From the NCBI GenBank assembly GCA_026936335.1, contig JAPMXV010000072.1, positions 124,001 through 188,000 of the forward strand: a DNA stretch of 64,000 nucleotides. The letters are read 5' to 3'. Both the position numbers and the translations under genes were made by a program. Below are positions 23,113 to 33,890 of the stretch, piece after piece (positions within the stretch are counted from its first letter, which is position 1; every line of letters starts with the position of its first letter). The DNA comes from Mantamonas sphyraenae STR306 (Eukaryota > Protista > CRuMs). Below the pieces are notes generated by a model. It ran no database searches. It worked only from the letters and a program-made list of their open reading frames with translations, and was not told the DNA's origin.

Positions 23113-24233
23113 ATGTCGTTTCAGGTCAAGGTTGTGAAGCGCAAGTCCAAGACGGACATGGGCGAGTACACGCTCAACAAGGACGATGACCTTGGGGCGC
23201 TGCGCAAGCAGTTTGCCAAGAAGAGTAGGTGGTGGCAGGAGGCACACGAGGATCACACTCGACACCGGACACTGACACACACACACACACATGCACACTT
23301 TGCACACTTTGCATCGTTCGTTCCGTATGGTGGGGGCACCACAGACAAGGTGGATGCCAACCGCCAGTCGTTCTCGTGTACGTGTGTGAGGGGGGCAGGG
23401 AACACGTGGGAGAGGGGAAAATGCACGTGTGTGGTGCTGACACGAGTGTGGGCACGCGCGCATGCAATGCAGACGAGGTGGAAGGGGAGAAGAAACCAAA
23501 GAAGCTGGAGCTGGGCAAGACTCTGGCTGAACAGGGAGTGACGGACGGGATGACGCTGGAGTTTAAGGACCTGGGGCCGCAGATCTCGTGGCGTGGGGTG
23601 TTCCTGATTGAGTACGCAGGCCCGCTGCTGCTGTATCCGATCTTTTACTTTTTCCAGGAGACGATCTACGGCAGCAGTGCACCGTTCAACTACTCGCAAA
23701 AGGTTGCGTTGGGTCTGTGGACCATCCATTACCTGAAGCGAGAGCTGGAAACGATCTTCCTGCACAAGTTCAGCTCGGCGACGATGCCCTTTGCCAACGT
23801 GTTCAAGAACAGCGGCTACTACTGGCTGCTGGGCGCAGCCACATCGTACATGGTGAACAACCCTGCGTACGCGGGTGTGGACCGTGCACAGGTGAAGATT
23901 GCCGCCGGTGTGTTTCTCGTGTGCGAGTTGCTGAACTTTGTGGTGCACTACCAGCTGGCCAACCTGCGCAAGGGCAAGGAGGACGCTCACAAGCACAAGA
24001 TCCCGTATGGCATCCTCTTCAACGGCTCCACCTGCCCCAACTACTTCTACGAAATCATGGCCTGGGTCAGCTTCAACTTTGTCGCCCCCAGCATCGCCGG
24101 CATGGTCTTCTGCGCCTTTGGCGCCTTTGTCATGTTCACATGGGCCGGCGGCAAGCAGAAGCGCTACGCACGCGAGTTTGGCGACACCTGGAAGAGCCTG
24201 GGTCGCAAGCGCATTGTGCCGTACCTGCTGTGA
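23113..24233 (+). CDS. TECR: Very-long-chain enoyl-CoA reductase (exons 23113-23224, 23345-23377, 23473-24233)
   Basis: FKDLGPQISWRGVFLIEYAGP, ELETIFLHKFSSATMP, CPNYFYE; 33-nt micro-exon is phase-compatible on both sides. Confidence 0.95.
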
Positions 24234-24345
24234 GCGCAGCAGTGATGGGAAATGAATGGAGGCAAGATCGCAATCCCCTCCCAGGGAGGGATGGGGAGAG
24301 TGGAGAATTGGAGTCTTGGCGGGAGGATTGCTTTGGGGTTGGAAA

Positions 24346-25126
24346 TCAGCCCATAAAGTTCATGACAGTGAGGTGGAGGACCAGGGACATGAAAATAAAG
24401 TCAGCAAAGGCGCGTTCGCGGGAGAAGCCAAAGGCCGGGCTCTTGGGATCGGTTTGCAGACGCAGGTTGACTGTGCAAGGGCAGGCAGTGGCACAGACGC
24501 GGTGCAAGATCATGATGGGAAGCGAGGGACGCGTGTGTGCATGCGTGTGGGTGTGAGCAGAAGCGACGAGCGGGGCTGGAAGCAGAGGCACAAAACGCAC
24601 CCAAAGCCACAAACTGGCCGACACAGGAGAGGAAGCCGCTGAGGAAGGAGTTGAACGGGAAGGTGCCTGTGAGAGGTTGGTGTGAACGCACGCAAACGAG
24701 GCCGTGGTACACGTACAGGTGGGTGCGAGGCGGTGGGGGTCAGCATGTGGGCGGGAACCGTGCGATGAAACGCAGCGAGCGAGAGGCCTCTTGGCCGCTG
24801 ATGACGAATGCAATCGGCGCGAGGGCCCCGTCTGGTGGAGGGACACATGTGACGGGTGTGGTTGACACGGCAGGGTGGAGTGGTGCATGTCTGCGGATAA
24901 GATGGGCAGGTGGAGGGGGTCTGTGTGTGTGGATGGGAGGCGGGAGTGGGGCAGAAGAGAGGGAAAACGTACCGACAAGGCCGACATAGACAAACTGGAT
25001 GATGCCTGTGAACAGGACGTAGAGCAGGAAGGCGTCGATGACCTTTGTCTTGTGTGCTGTATCGTTGTTGTAGTTCTCCCAGAGCTGGCCCAGGATTGCC
25101 CACACGCTTGGTTCTCCCTTGGCCAT
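24346..25126 (-). CDS. DAD1: Oligosaccharyltransferase subunit DAD1/Ost2 (exons 25126-24973, 24666-24601, 24470-24346)
   Basis: [66 protein letters not shown]. Confidence 0.96.
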
Positions 25127-25413
25127 GGTGTGTGTGTGTGTGTTGAAGTAGTGAGTTTGGTTGGATGAACCAGGGTCCATGTGCATCGACTGTGGCCATG
25201 CGTCACAAGAGTGGAGCTGTGGAAGGCAAGGCCTGCCCCTCCCCGTGATCTGTGGATGCATTTGACATGAGGAAGGTGCAGGTGCACGTTTGATTATCCG
25301 AGGGTGCTTGGTCGATTGCCACCTTCCACCCCCACCCCCACACCCCACACCTCTTACACACAGCTTCCGTGTCCATAACCGTGCTTCCACGCCCCCCCTT
25401 TGCTTCCCCTTTT

Positions 25414-26704
25414 CTACAACACAAAGCTGGGCCTGGCGACAAAGTTCCTCGTGGCAAAGTTGATCAGAGCGTCGGCGGTGACCAGGGGGTCATCCTCCTG
25501 CAAACAATGGCCGCTGTTGTAGACGACTTTAAACTGAAACTTGCCCTGCATCTGTGCCACCGTGAGTGCCCTGTCCAGCCTGTCTGTGCCAGCAACCATG
25601 AGCATCTTCAGGCCAGGAGCACCCAGGAACAGCTCACTCATGTTCTCGTACCATCCCTTCCAATGCGGTTGGCTCTTTTCCAACGCCGTCCTCCAGTGCC
25701 ACTCTGTGCCTCCGTCATCCCGCTGCACTGCACGCAACCGTGGGGGCATCGACACCTTGGCCGACTCCAGGTTGGTGAGCATCTTGGAGCGCAATGCCCA
25801 CTCGATGGCCTTCTCCTGGGATTTGAACTTGGATGGTCGTTTGGCCAGCACACTTTCCATGCTCGAGAGGGCTGCGAGGGCGGTGCCTTCGACCACATCA
25901 AGCACGACGAGTCCGGCCAGCCAGTCCACACGGCCCGAATTGGCCACATGGGTTGCAATGGCCCCACCCATGCTGTGACCCACCAGGATGATGGGAGGCA
26001 TGTCCATGTTACTGTACAGGGCTTCCATCACGTTGAGGGTGTCTTCCACCAAGCGTTCCGAGCTCAAATCCTCCTCCTCCGCGTTCACACTGTCGCCATG
26101 GCCACGCAGATCGTATGACACAACGCCGTATTCCTTCTTGACCATTCCTGCCACCAGTGCCCACGACAGCGACGAGTGGCCGCCTCCGTGCAGCAGCACA
26201 AACACGGGCGAGTCGCCGTAGATGCTTCCCGCGGTGTATACGCGGAATGTCTGTGCATCCAGTGAGTGTCAGTGCCCCACCGATGTGTCACGTAGCCCAT
26301 GTGTCACACCAGCCCTTCTCCTTACGTTTTCCTTCATCCACCTCCACGTCCTGCTGCGCATCAAAATACTCTTCCCAGCTCGCTGCGCTGTAGTCCACTC
26401 GCTGCCGCTTGAACGACGTTGAAGGCAGAGACAGCGCTTCGGAATCGGTTTTGCCTCGTCCATTGCCTCCTTCGTTGCTACTGCTGCTGCGACTGCTGCT
26501 GCTGCTGTTGGTGTTGGTGCCTCCCTCGTCCTCTTCCTCGTCCTCAAACGAAGCCGCGTCGTCTTCCTCCTCAATCGACGCCTCGGCCACCATCAACGAG
26601 GCTCCGGGCCGCGAGCGGAACATTTGCTTGTGTAGGGCAGAGGCTGAGCCTGCCCCGTCGCTGGAGCGCACCTTTGGTTGGCGAGGTGGCTTGCTCTGGC
26701 TCAT
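25414..26704 (-). CDS. PPME1: Protein phosphatase methylesterase 1 (exons about 26704-26326, 26250-25414; 1-nt phase mismatch at the donor)
   Basis: WEEYFD, TFRVY, LLHGGGHSSLSW, DLRGHG, LVGHSMGGA, LDVVEGTA, AGTDRLDRALTVAQMQGKFQ, GHCLQED. Confidence 0.95.
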
Positions 26705-26787
26705 GGAAGGGAGTGTTTTTGTGTTACAGTTGTGTAGGCGAAGCGCGGGCTCAGCCAAACACACAAAATACGCCTTCCCCTCCCTGA

Positions 26788-28224
26788 ATGAGTGGACACG
26801 AGAGCGGGGAGCGACGGGTGAAGCTTGCACGTTCACCAAACAAAGAGTTTGCGCACCAGTTTCTGCTGGGCAAGTTTGACCAGACGTTTGTGGAGGTTGC
26901 ATCCATTCCTGATGTGTCGTGGTCGCTTCCGCCGACCGAGGTGATGTACGTGCCGGCAGCAGGTGCGCAGCGGTCGATGGAGTCTGTCAAGTCGCCGTTG
27001 GGGCGGGTGGAAAACGGGGCGTTGGAGTTGGAATTGGTGCAGGCGGTGTTTCGGCACGGTGCGCGGACGCCGTTGCACACGTGGAAGAACGTGACGGACC
27101 ATGCGACGTTCCACTGCCCCAGCATGCTTTCTGCGCTGAGTTTTGGACCGCATGAGGACCACCCGCCGGGGGTGTACTTCAAGGCGTACGTGAAGGGCAA
27201 GCAGCTGTTCAAAGGAAACTGCGCCACGGGCCAGTTGACGCCGTACGGCATCAAGCAGTTGCACGTGCTGGGTGCCATGATGCGTCACCGCTACGTGGAA
27301 CGCCTGGGTTTCCTTCCCAAGATGTTTGACAAGGAGAACGAAGCCATGGTGGTTGCACGCAGCACGGATCTGGCGCGCACGCAGCAGAGCATGCAGAGTC
27401 TGCTCAATGGCCTCATCCCACTGACCAGCCAGAGTGGACACGTGACACTCACCATCCACACCATGTCCACGGGTGTGGAGAACATGTTTCCACGCAACCG
27501 GTGTCGCCGGTACAAGAAGTTGCGGGACATGGTGCGTGCTCGCTCCCGGGGCGAGGTGGAGGGTGTGGAGGTGAGCGAACGCAGGCAGGCCCTGATGGCA
27601 CTCATGCGTGAGTTGATAGGCGACGAGGAGTGGACGCCGTCGCAGTTTGTGTCTGTGCACAACACGCTGGCGTCGCTCATGGTCAATGGCAAGCCGTTGC
27701 CCGAAGAGATTGACGCAACGGTGCTGGACGACGTGGAGCGTGAGGCGTTGCACGACTTTGCGGCCCCGTTTGACGGGCCCGACCGCCTGGCAACGTGCAG
27801 GGTGAGCATCGGTCGCTTTGTGGGCGACCTCCACGCCCAAATGGCCCACAAGGTGGCGCAGGGCAAGGAGGACCCCACACGAATTGGCCTGTATGCGGGT
27901 CACGACAGCACGTTGGTGCCCCTGCTCATGTCCTTTGAGCTGCTGGACGGGCAGCGGTTCCCTCAGGTGGCCTCTGTGCTCATGTTTGAGCTCTACCGCA
28001 ACCACGAGGACAACGAACACTACGTGCGTGTCATGTACAATGGCCACGACATGCGCCTGCCTCAATGCCAAGCCTACGTGGTCGAAGGCCACGGTGCAAA
28101 CAACGGCCGTGGCACAGGCTCGCAGGAAGGCGACAAGCCCGTGGTCATGTGCAAGTTTGCCTGTTTCCAGAAAGTTGCCCAACAGTTGATTCCCGACGAT
28201 TACGAGCAGGAGTGTGTCATGTGA
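26788..28224 (+). CDS. Histidine acid phosphatase (ACP6-like)
   Basis: VFRHGARTP, GQLTPYG, ARSTDLARTQQS, YAGHDSTL, YVRVMYNG. Confidence 0.92.
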   Translation: MSGHESGERRVKLARSPNKEFAHQFLLGKFDQTFVEVASIPDVSWSLPPTEVMYVPAAGAQRSMESVKSPLGRVENGALELELVQAVFRHGARTPLHTWKNVTDHATFHCPSMLSALSFGPHEDHPPGVYFKAYVKGKQLFKGNCATGQLTPYGIKQLHVLGAMMRHRYVERLGFLPKMFDKENEAMVVARSTDLARTQQSMQSLLNGLIPLTSQSGHVTLTIHTMSTGVENMFPRNRCRRYKKLRDMVRARSRGEVEGVEVSERRQALMALMRELIGDEEWTPSQFVSVHNTLASLMVNGKPLPEEIDATVLDDVEREALHDFAAPFDGPDRLATCRVSIGRFVGDLHAQMAHKVAQGKEDPTRIGLYAGHDSTLVPLLMSFELLDGQRFPQVASVLMFELYRNHEDNEHYVRVMYNGHDMRLPQCQAYVVEGHGANNGRGTGSQEGDKPVVMCKFACFQKVAQQLIPDDYEQECVM

Positions 28225-28291
28225 TGTGTGATGTGCGATGTGCGATGTGGGATGGCGTTGCGCTGCGCAGCCGGATGAAAACAGAACGACG

Positions 28292-29253
28292 ATGAGTGAT
28301 CACAACCTGGTTTCGCTTCCAGAGTGCTTTGTGTACCAGTTGCCCAAGTTGACCACAGGTCAGGGCTACAAGTAGGTTTGGGTTGTGTGTGTGTGAGGGG
28401 TGAAGGGGGGGGGTTTGTTGGCGGTTGGTGCTCACACACACACGCACACACACACGTGGACGCACGGTGACCCCGCTGCAGGTGTTCCGAATGGGATGTG
28501 GAGCAGTTCATCTGGTCGGGACAGGTGCGGGTGGTGGAACGCGGCGACGAGGGCTTCATTGTGCTGGAAAAGCCCAACGGAGGTGGGTTTTGGGTGATTT
28601 GGGGTGAGAGAAGCGGAAAGGGGAACACGACGACGGAGAGCTGACACAGCCGTTCACAGGCGAGGTGTTTGCCGAGGCACCGATTGACAAGGATGGATCG
28701 ACGGTGCAACGCGTAGTGGACAGCTCGCGCTACTTTGTGCTGAAGATCAGCGACGGACAGGGCCACCACGCGCTGATTGGCATGGGGTTCCAAGAGCGCG
28801 GCGCGGCGTTTGATTTCAACGTCGCCATTCAGCGCCATCTGGAGTAGGTGTCCCATGTGTAGGCGGCAAAACAGAGTGCATGCAAACCACACTGTGGTGT
28901 GTGAGTGAGTGTGTGAATGTGTGTGTGTGTGTCATGTGTTTGTGCAAAGCGGGGGGGGATTTCACGATGGGAGGGGCTGACACCTCGGCAAAACACGCCA
29001 GTTTTCTGCAACGCGAGGAGGAGAGCAAGGAGAAGGGAGACACAGTGGAGGAATACGTGCCCAAGTACAACTACTCGGGTCTCAAGGAAGGCACCAAGGT
29101 CAAGATTGCCGGTGGGAGCAAGAAAAGCCGCGGCAGCAACAGCAACTCGGGCGGCAGCGGCTTCAAGATGGACTTTTCCTCGCTGGGCGAAGACGAGGAG
29201 TCGTCCAAACCCAAGCGAAGTGCCGGTGGTGGCAGGAAGAAGGGACGCTCATC

Positions 29254-29287
<34 letters not shown>

Positions 29288-29392
29288 GGGAACGATCTGG
29301 ATGACTTTTTCGGAGGAGGCAACAGCAACAGCAACAGTGGAGGCGGAGGTGGAGGCGGCAACGACACTCCCAGCGACTGGACGGCGTTCTGA
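28292..29392 (+). CDS. NECAP: Adaptin ear-binding coat-associated protein (4 exons)
   Basis: CFVYQLP..GYK, W..WSG, FAEAP, VVDSSRYFVLKI, IGMGFQERGAAFDFNVA; C-terminal WTAF (WxxF) motif. Confidence 0.93.
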
Positions 29393-29546
29393 TGGGGCAG
29401 AAGAGGCAGAAGGGAGGTGTGGAAGGGGATCGGATCCAACAAAACGGGAGAAAATGTCAACGTTGGTCGTGCATTGTGTGAGGTGATGATGCGTTGGTGT
29501 ACGCAAAAGGGGATGAGAGGGAGAATTGGATCCGGAATCGGTCGCG

Positions 29547-30221
29547 CTACTGCGGGTTGCGAAGGACGAGGACGACGCTGTCGCCGCGGAGGAGCATCTT
29601 TGCAATGAAACGGCGCTGGTTGACCTTCTTGGGCTTGCCTCCTTTCTTGGCCTTGACCTGCTCCGTCCAAATCTCGTGGACGTCCTCGAGGACCATGTTC
29701 CAGTGCTTGTCAAAGGCCTTGACGGTGGCCAACAGCTTGTGGTCGTTGCGGCAGTTGATCAACACCTGCTCGCCTTTGAGCATGCACTCCTTGATCATTG
29801 CCAGCGGCCCGTCTTCAAACTCATCCTCCTCTTCCTCGCCTTCCACCAGGTTCTGTGCGACGTCGTCATTGTGTGCGTGTCAGCAGCGGCCGGAGGAAAC
29901 ACACGCCAAGGTGGAAGATGCGCGCCACGCCTCCCTTTACGCCTCCCTACGGCCTCCCTCCATCACCCGCTCTCCTCTTGCGTACCATCACATCCTTGTC
30001 ATGACTGTGTGTGTGTGTTACAGAGCGTGTGTGCGCGTGTGGCGTGTGTCAAAGGGCGTAGGTGTCAGCATACGGGGCGGCAGACCCACACGTCGTTGTC
30101 GTGCATGCCAGAGGCCTTCGCTTTCGCCTCCCCAACGACCGTGCGTCCCTCGCTGCTTGCTCCCATGTGCAGTGTAGCAACTGGCCAGGGGAGTGGCCAT
30201 GCCTGTGACTTACATGGACAT
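29547..30221 (-). CDS. SNRPD2: Small nuclear ribonucleoprotein Sm D2 (8-nt first coding exon 30221-30214, short exon about 30152-30092, last exon 29852-29547)
   Basis: [63 protein letters not shown]; 5' exons inferred from phase-compatible splice sites. Confidence 0.93.
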
Positions 30222-30283
30222 GTTTGTTGGGCTGGACGGAGGTGCGCGACGTCAGAGGCAACTTTTCGCGCAAACACCTGTAC

Positions 30284-31450
30284 ATGATGACTCCACGATT
30301 GGCAGGAGCGCTGTTGCTGGCCCTGTTGTGTGTGGTGCAGGTGCATGGGGTGATCAACAACGTGACGGTGGAGTGGCAGGAGGCAAGCGGGGCGCAGGTG
30401 TGGCAAGGGATGGATTTTGACTGGCAGCGACGCGTGGCTGGCTTTGAGACGCCACACCGGATTGGAAGCATTGCCAGTTTGTTGCACAACCTTCCCAGCA
30501 GTAGCAATGACAGCAGCACGGCGCAGGCGACGGTGGAGCTTGTGCCTGGCGTCGACGGTGACTACGCCTTTCCACAGGTGTTCCTCAGTGCCTTCCAGGG
30601 CAATGGCATCACGGTGCACACGGGCACGCTGCGTAGCACGTGCACCGACCATTGGGAGGGCACCGACGACAACCCCGACTCGTTCTTGAAGCAGTTCGAC
30701 TTTTTCACCACGCCCGTGCGTGGACCGCAAGTGGCATGGATCAACGGCTTTTCCATCCAACAGTACTGCGATCCAAGCAAGCAGCCGCCAGGCAAAGAGT
30801 GCAACAGCAACGGCACCTGGCCGTACCTGTTTACGATGCGCGTGGATTGCAACCCTGAAGGGACCTGTGAGCTGGAATGGGTGCAGTTCCGCGGCTGGAC
30901 CCCGAGCAAGGGTGGAGGGAAACCGTACAACTACGTGCTGGACTACACCTACGAGGTGGAGATTGTCGTGGTGAGCGGTCCGTCGCTTGTGCAACAACAA
31001 GACGTGAACAACCTGGTGCACAGCAACGTGCACGCAGACGTGTCGTGCAACCAGCAGTCTGCACGTGTTCCTGACAACACAGCATCGCTTGTGGGCGTCG
31101 CTGCGTTTTCGTTTGAGCTGAACGGCACGCACAAGCGACGCGGAAGATATTTGGAGCACCTACATTTTTCCGTGCAGCAGCACAGTGCCAAGGGCAACCA
31201 GAACATGCTGGATTGGGTTGGGTGCATGCAATACGGTGCACCAAAGACGGTGTACAGCAGCGACGTCACACTGGCCATGGTGCAGCGTGTGGCGTCCTTT
31301 GACGCTGCCGACGTGCAAATGCCCGCACAGGTCTCCCAAGCCATCAACGGCACCGTGTGCGACAGTGGCAACGATGCCTTGTTCAAATGTTCCGATGTGG
31401 GCCTGGAAAACGCGCCCAGCGACACTGTCACACACACCATCGAGTGGTGA
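30284..31450 (+). CDS. Secreted Cys-containing, beta-rich protein of unknown function
   Basis: Signal peptide MMTPRLAGALLLALLCVVQVHG; several NxS/T sequons; single exon with typical codon usage. Confidence 0.8.
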   Translation: MMTPRLAGALLLALLCVVQVHGVINNVTVEWQEASGAQVWQGMDFDWQRRVAGFETPHRIGSIASLLHNLPSSSNDSSTAQATVELVPGVDGDYAFPQVFLSAFQGNGITVHTGTLRSTCTDHWEGTDDNPDSFLKQFDFFTTPVRGPQVAWINGFSIQQYCDPSKQPPGKECNSNGTWPYLFTMRVDCNPEGTCELEWVQFRGWTPSKGGGKPYNYVLDYTYEVEIVVVSGPSLVQQQDVNNLVHSNVHADVSCNQQSARVPDNTASLVGVAAFSFELNGTHKRRGRYLEHLHFSVQQHSAKGNQNMLDWVGCMQYGAPKTVYSSDVTLAMVQRVASFDAADVQMPAQVSQAINGTVCDSGNDALFKCSDVGLENAPSDTVTHTIEW

Positions 31451-31511
31451 GTTGCATCGTCAGTGCAAAAAAGGTCCACAAAACCACACTTCAACCTGTG
31501 TCAACAGCATT

Positions 31512-31685
31512 TCACTCGTTGATGTCACCCTCTTTGGCACTCTCTATCTTGCCGTATTGCCGTAGATCTTCAGCGCGATGCGATGCCAGTCCACGCTCTT
31601 CCAAGCACTGCTCGCACAGCCAAACCAAGGGATTGGGTGTTCCACAGCCCTGGCAACGATAATGCATCAACTCGTTATCACCCAT
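31512..31685 (-). CDS. Possible small CxxC..CxxC zinc-ribbon protein (57 aa from ATG; frame open to about 31817)
   Basis: MGDNELMHYRCQGCGTPNPLVWLCEQCLEERG...; below the ORF-track size cutoff; fills an otherwise unusually long intergenic gap. Confidence 0.35.
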   Translation of the reverse strand: MGDNELMHYRCQGCGTPNPLVWLCEQCLEERGLASHRAEDLRQYGKIESAKEGDINE

Positions 31686-32056
31686 GGTCGAAGTGGTCTC
31701 TGTCTCTGGCCACGTCGGTGGTGTTTCCGCTTCCGCTGTGGCACCTGGGAATTCAACATCCTCTGCAGGTTTCTGTTCCCGAATTTCCGTGTCAGATTCC
31801 CTGGTTTCCCTACCACATCATCCATTCAATAGCTTCGCATCGTACACTGCTTTCCTCCTTGCTCATCACTCCCGCTCGTGAATTTGCATTGCCTCAACCG
31901 GCGCGCCTCTCCCCTTCCACCGCCATATTGTATGCCTCCTTCCCCGCCATGCACACCCTCATCCATTGTTTTCATACGACACTGCCTGTGTGCAGTACGA
32001 TGAGTGTGGTACTGCGTGAGGACGACCAAAACAAAGTCGAAACTCAATCCCACCCC

Positions 32057-33731
32057 ATGTCTCGTCGCATGCGTCCGCCTTCAGGCGCATCCAATGCCAG
32101 TGGGAGCAGCAGTGGACGACGCAGTGTGTCGAATGCAAACATGAGTGGCACTGGCACAGGTGGACGCCCGGGGTCCAGCAGAACGTCCAGTTACCGCCGG
32201 CCGTCCAGCAACAGCAACACTGCATACGGCTCGTCATCGTCTTCATCGTCGTCATCCACCACCACTTCTTCCTCGACCTCCTCCTCCTCCTCTTCCTCGG
32301 CCTCCTCTTCATACGGCAGCTCGGGCAGCGGACGCTCCCGCCAGCAGCTTCGCTTCAAAACGGCTTTCCACAACACAATCTCCCACGTCATGAAAAAGCG
32401 CGGCTGGATCGAAACGGACAGGTGAGTGGCATGTCATTTCCACACAACGTCATCCCCATTGTTTCTGCATGTGCCCCTGGCATGTACTGTGAGCCGGTGG
32501 CGGCGGGGAGCGCGCGCCAATTTTGTGAGAATCGCTCACCCAGGCAGGGTTGCCTTTACCCCATGCGCACCGGGTTTTTCCTGACACGTATCACCCATTG
32601 TCCAGCGACCTGGACTGGGACTTTTTCTGGGCCGATGTGGGCTGGTTGCGCGAGTATTTTGACCACGTGCGGTTCGAAGACCACCAGCGCATCAACCACT
32701 TTCGCAACCACTATGAGCTGACGCGCAAAGATCTGATGATGAAGAACCTGAAGCGAGCACGAAAGTCGCTGGAGCGCGAGGACAGGCATGCAGAAGCCAG
32801 TGCGTATGCGTTCATCCCGCCCACGTACGTGTTGCCGTCGGAGTATGCCCTGTTCCAGGAGGAGTACAAACGCAACCACGGCGGCGTGTGGATCATGAAA
32901 CCCATTGGCAGGGCCCAAGGCAAGGGCATCTTCCTGTTCAACAAGCTGAGTCAGATCTCGGACTGGAAGAAGGACTACAAGTGGCGCGGGGACAGCAGCA
33001 GCAGCAGCCAGGCAGAGGCGTACGTGGTGCAGAAGTACCTGGATAGGCCCTACTTGGTGGGAGGCAAGAAGTTTGACCTGCGTCTGTACATGCTGGTGGT
33101 CAACTACTCGCCATTGACGGCGTACCTGCATCGAGGCGGCTTTGCACGCTTCTCCGGCACCCGTTTCACCATGGATGTGGGCAACATCACCAACTCCACC
33201 ATGCACCTCACCAACGCCGCGGTGCAGAAGCAGAGCAAGGAGTACAACAAGGAAAGGGGCTGCAAATGGGATGTGCGCGACTTGAAACTGTTCATGATCA
33301 GCAAACACGGCATGGAGGCTGTGGACGCCTGCTTTGCCCACATGCAGGACATCATGATCAAGAGTTTGGAGAGTGTGGCCAACATCATCATCAACGAAAA
33401 GAACTGCTTCGAGCTGTATGGCTACGACATTATGATTGACGAAGACCTGCGGCCCTGGCTCATCGAAGTCAATGCCTCGCCCAGCGTGACGGCAGACTCG
33501 GACTCGGATTACCAATTCAAGTTTGGTCTGTTGGACGACACCCTCAACGTCATCGACATGGAAGGGGAGCGAGAGGGCGACGAAGACGAAATCGGCGCCT
33601 TTGACCTCGTATACTACCAGGGAAGGCCCTATAAGAAGGGCGACAAGGTCGATCTCAACACACGTCTCGGATGCTACAACGTACGTGCCAAGGAATTTGC
33701 CCACCTGACCAAGAAAGGCAAGGGAAATTGA
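32057..33731 (+). CDS. TTLL9: Tubulin polyglutamylase TTLL9-like (exons 32057-32421, 32606-33731; alternative ATG at 32000)
   Basis: WDFFWADVGWLRE, INHFRNHYELTRKDLMMKNLKR, WIMKPIGRAQGKGIFLF, KKFDLRLY, HLTNAAVQK, CFELYGYDIMID, WLIEVNASPS. Confidence 0.92.
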
Positions 33732-33890
33732 ATCGAATGTTGGCTCAACGCACACCCTCCTTCCCCTTGCCACTGCAGTCATCATCCCTCCCCCCTTCCC
33801 TCCCTCCCGTTTCGTGTCAGTGCCACTTGCCTTTCCTCTTGCGTGGTGCCGTTCGTTCCACCGTTGCGTGTGTGCTGGCAAGGAAAAACC

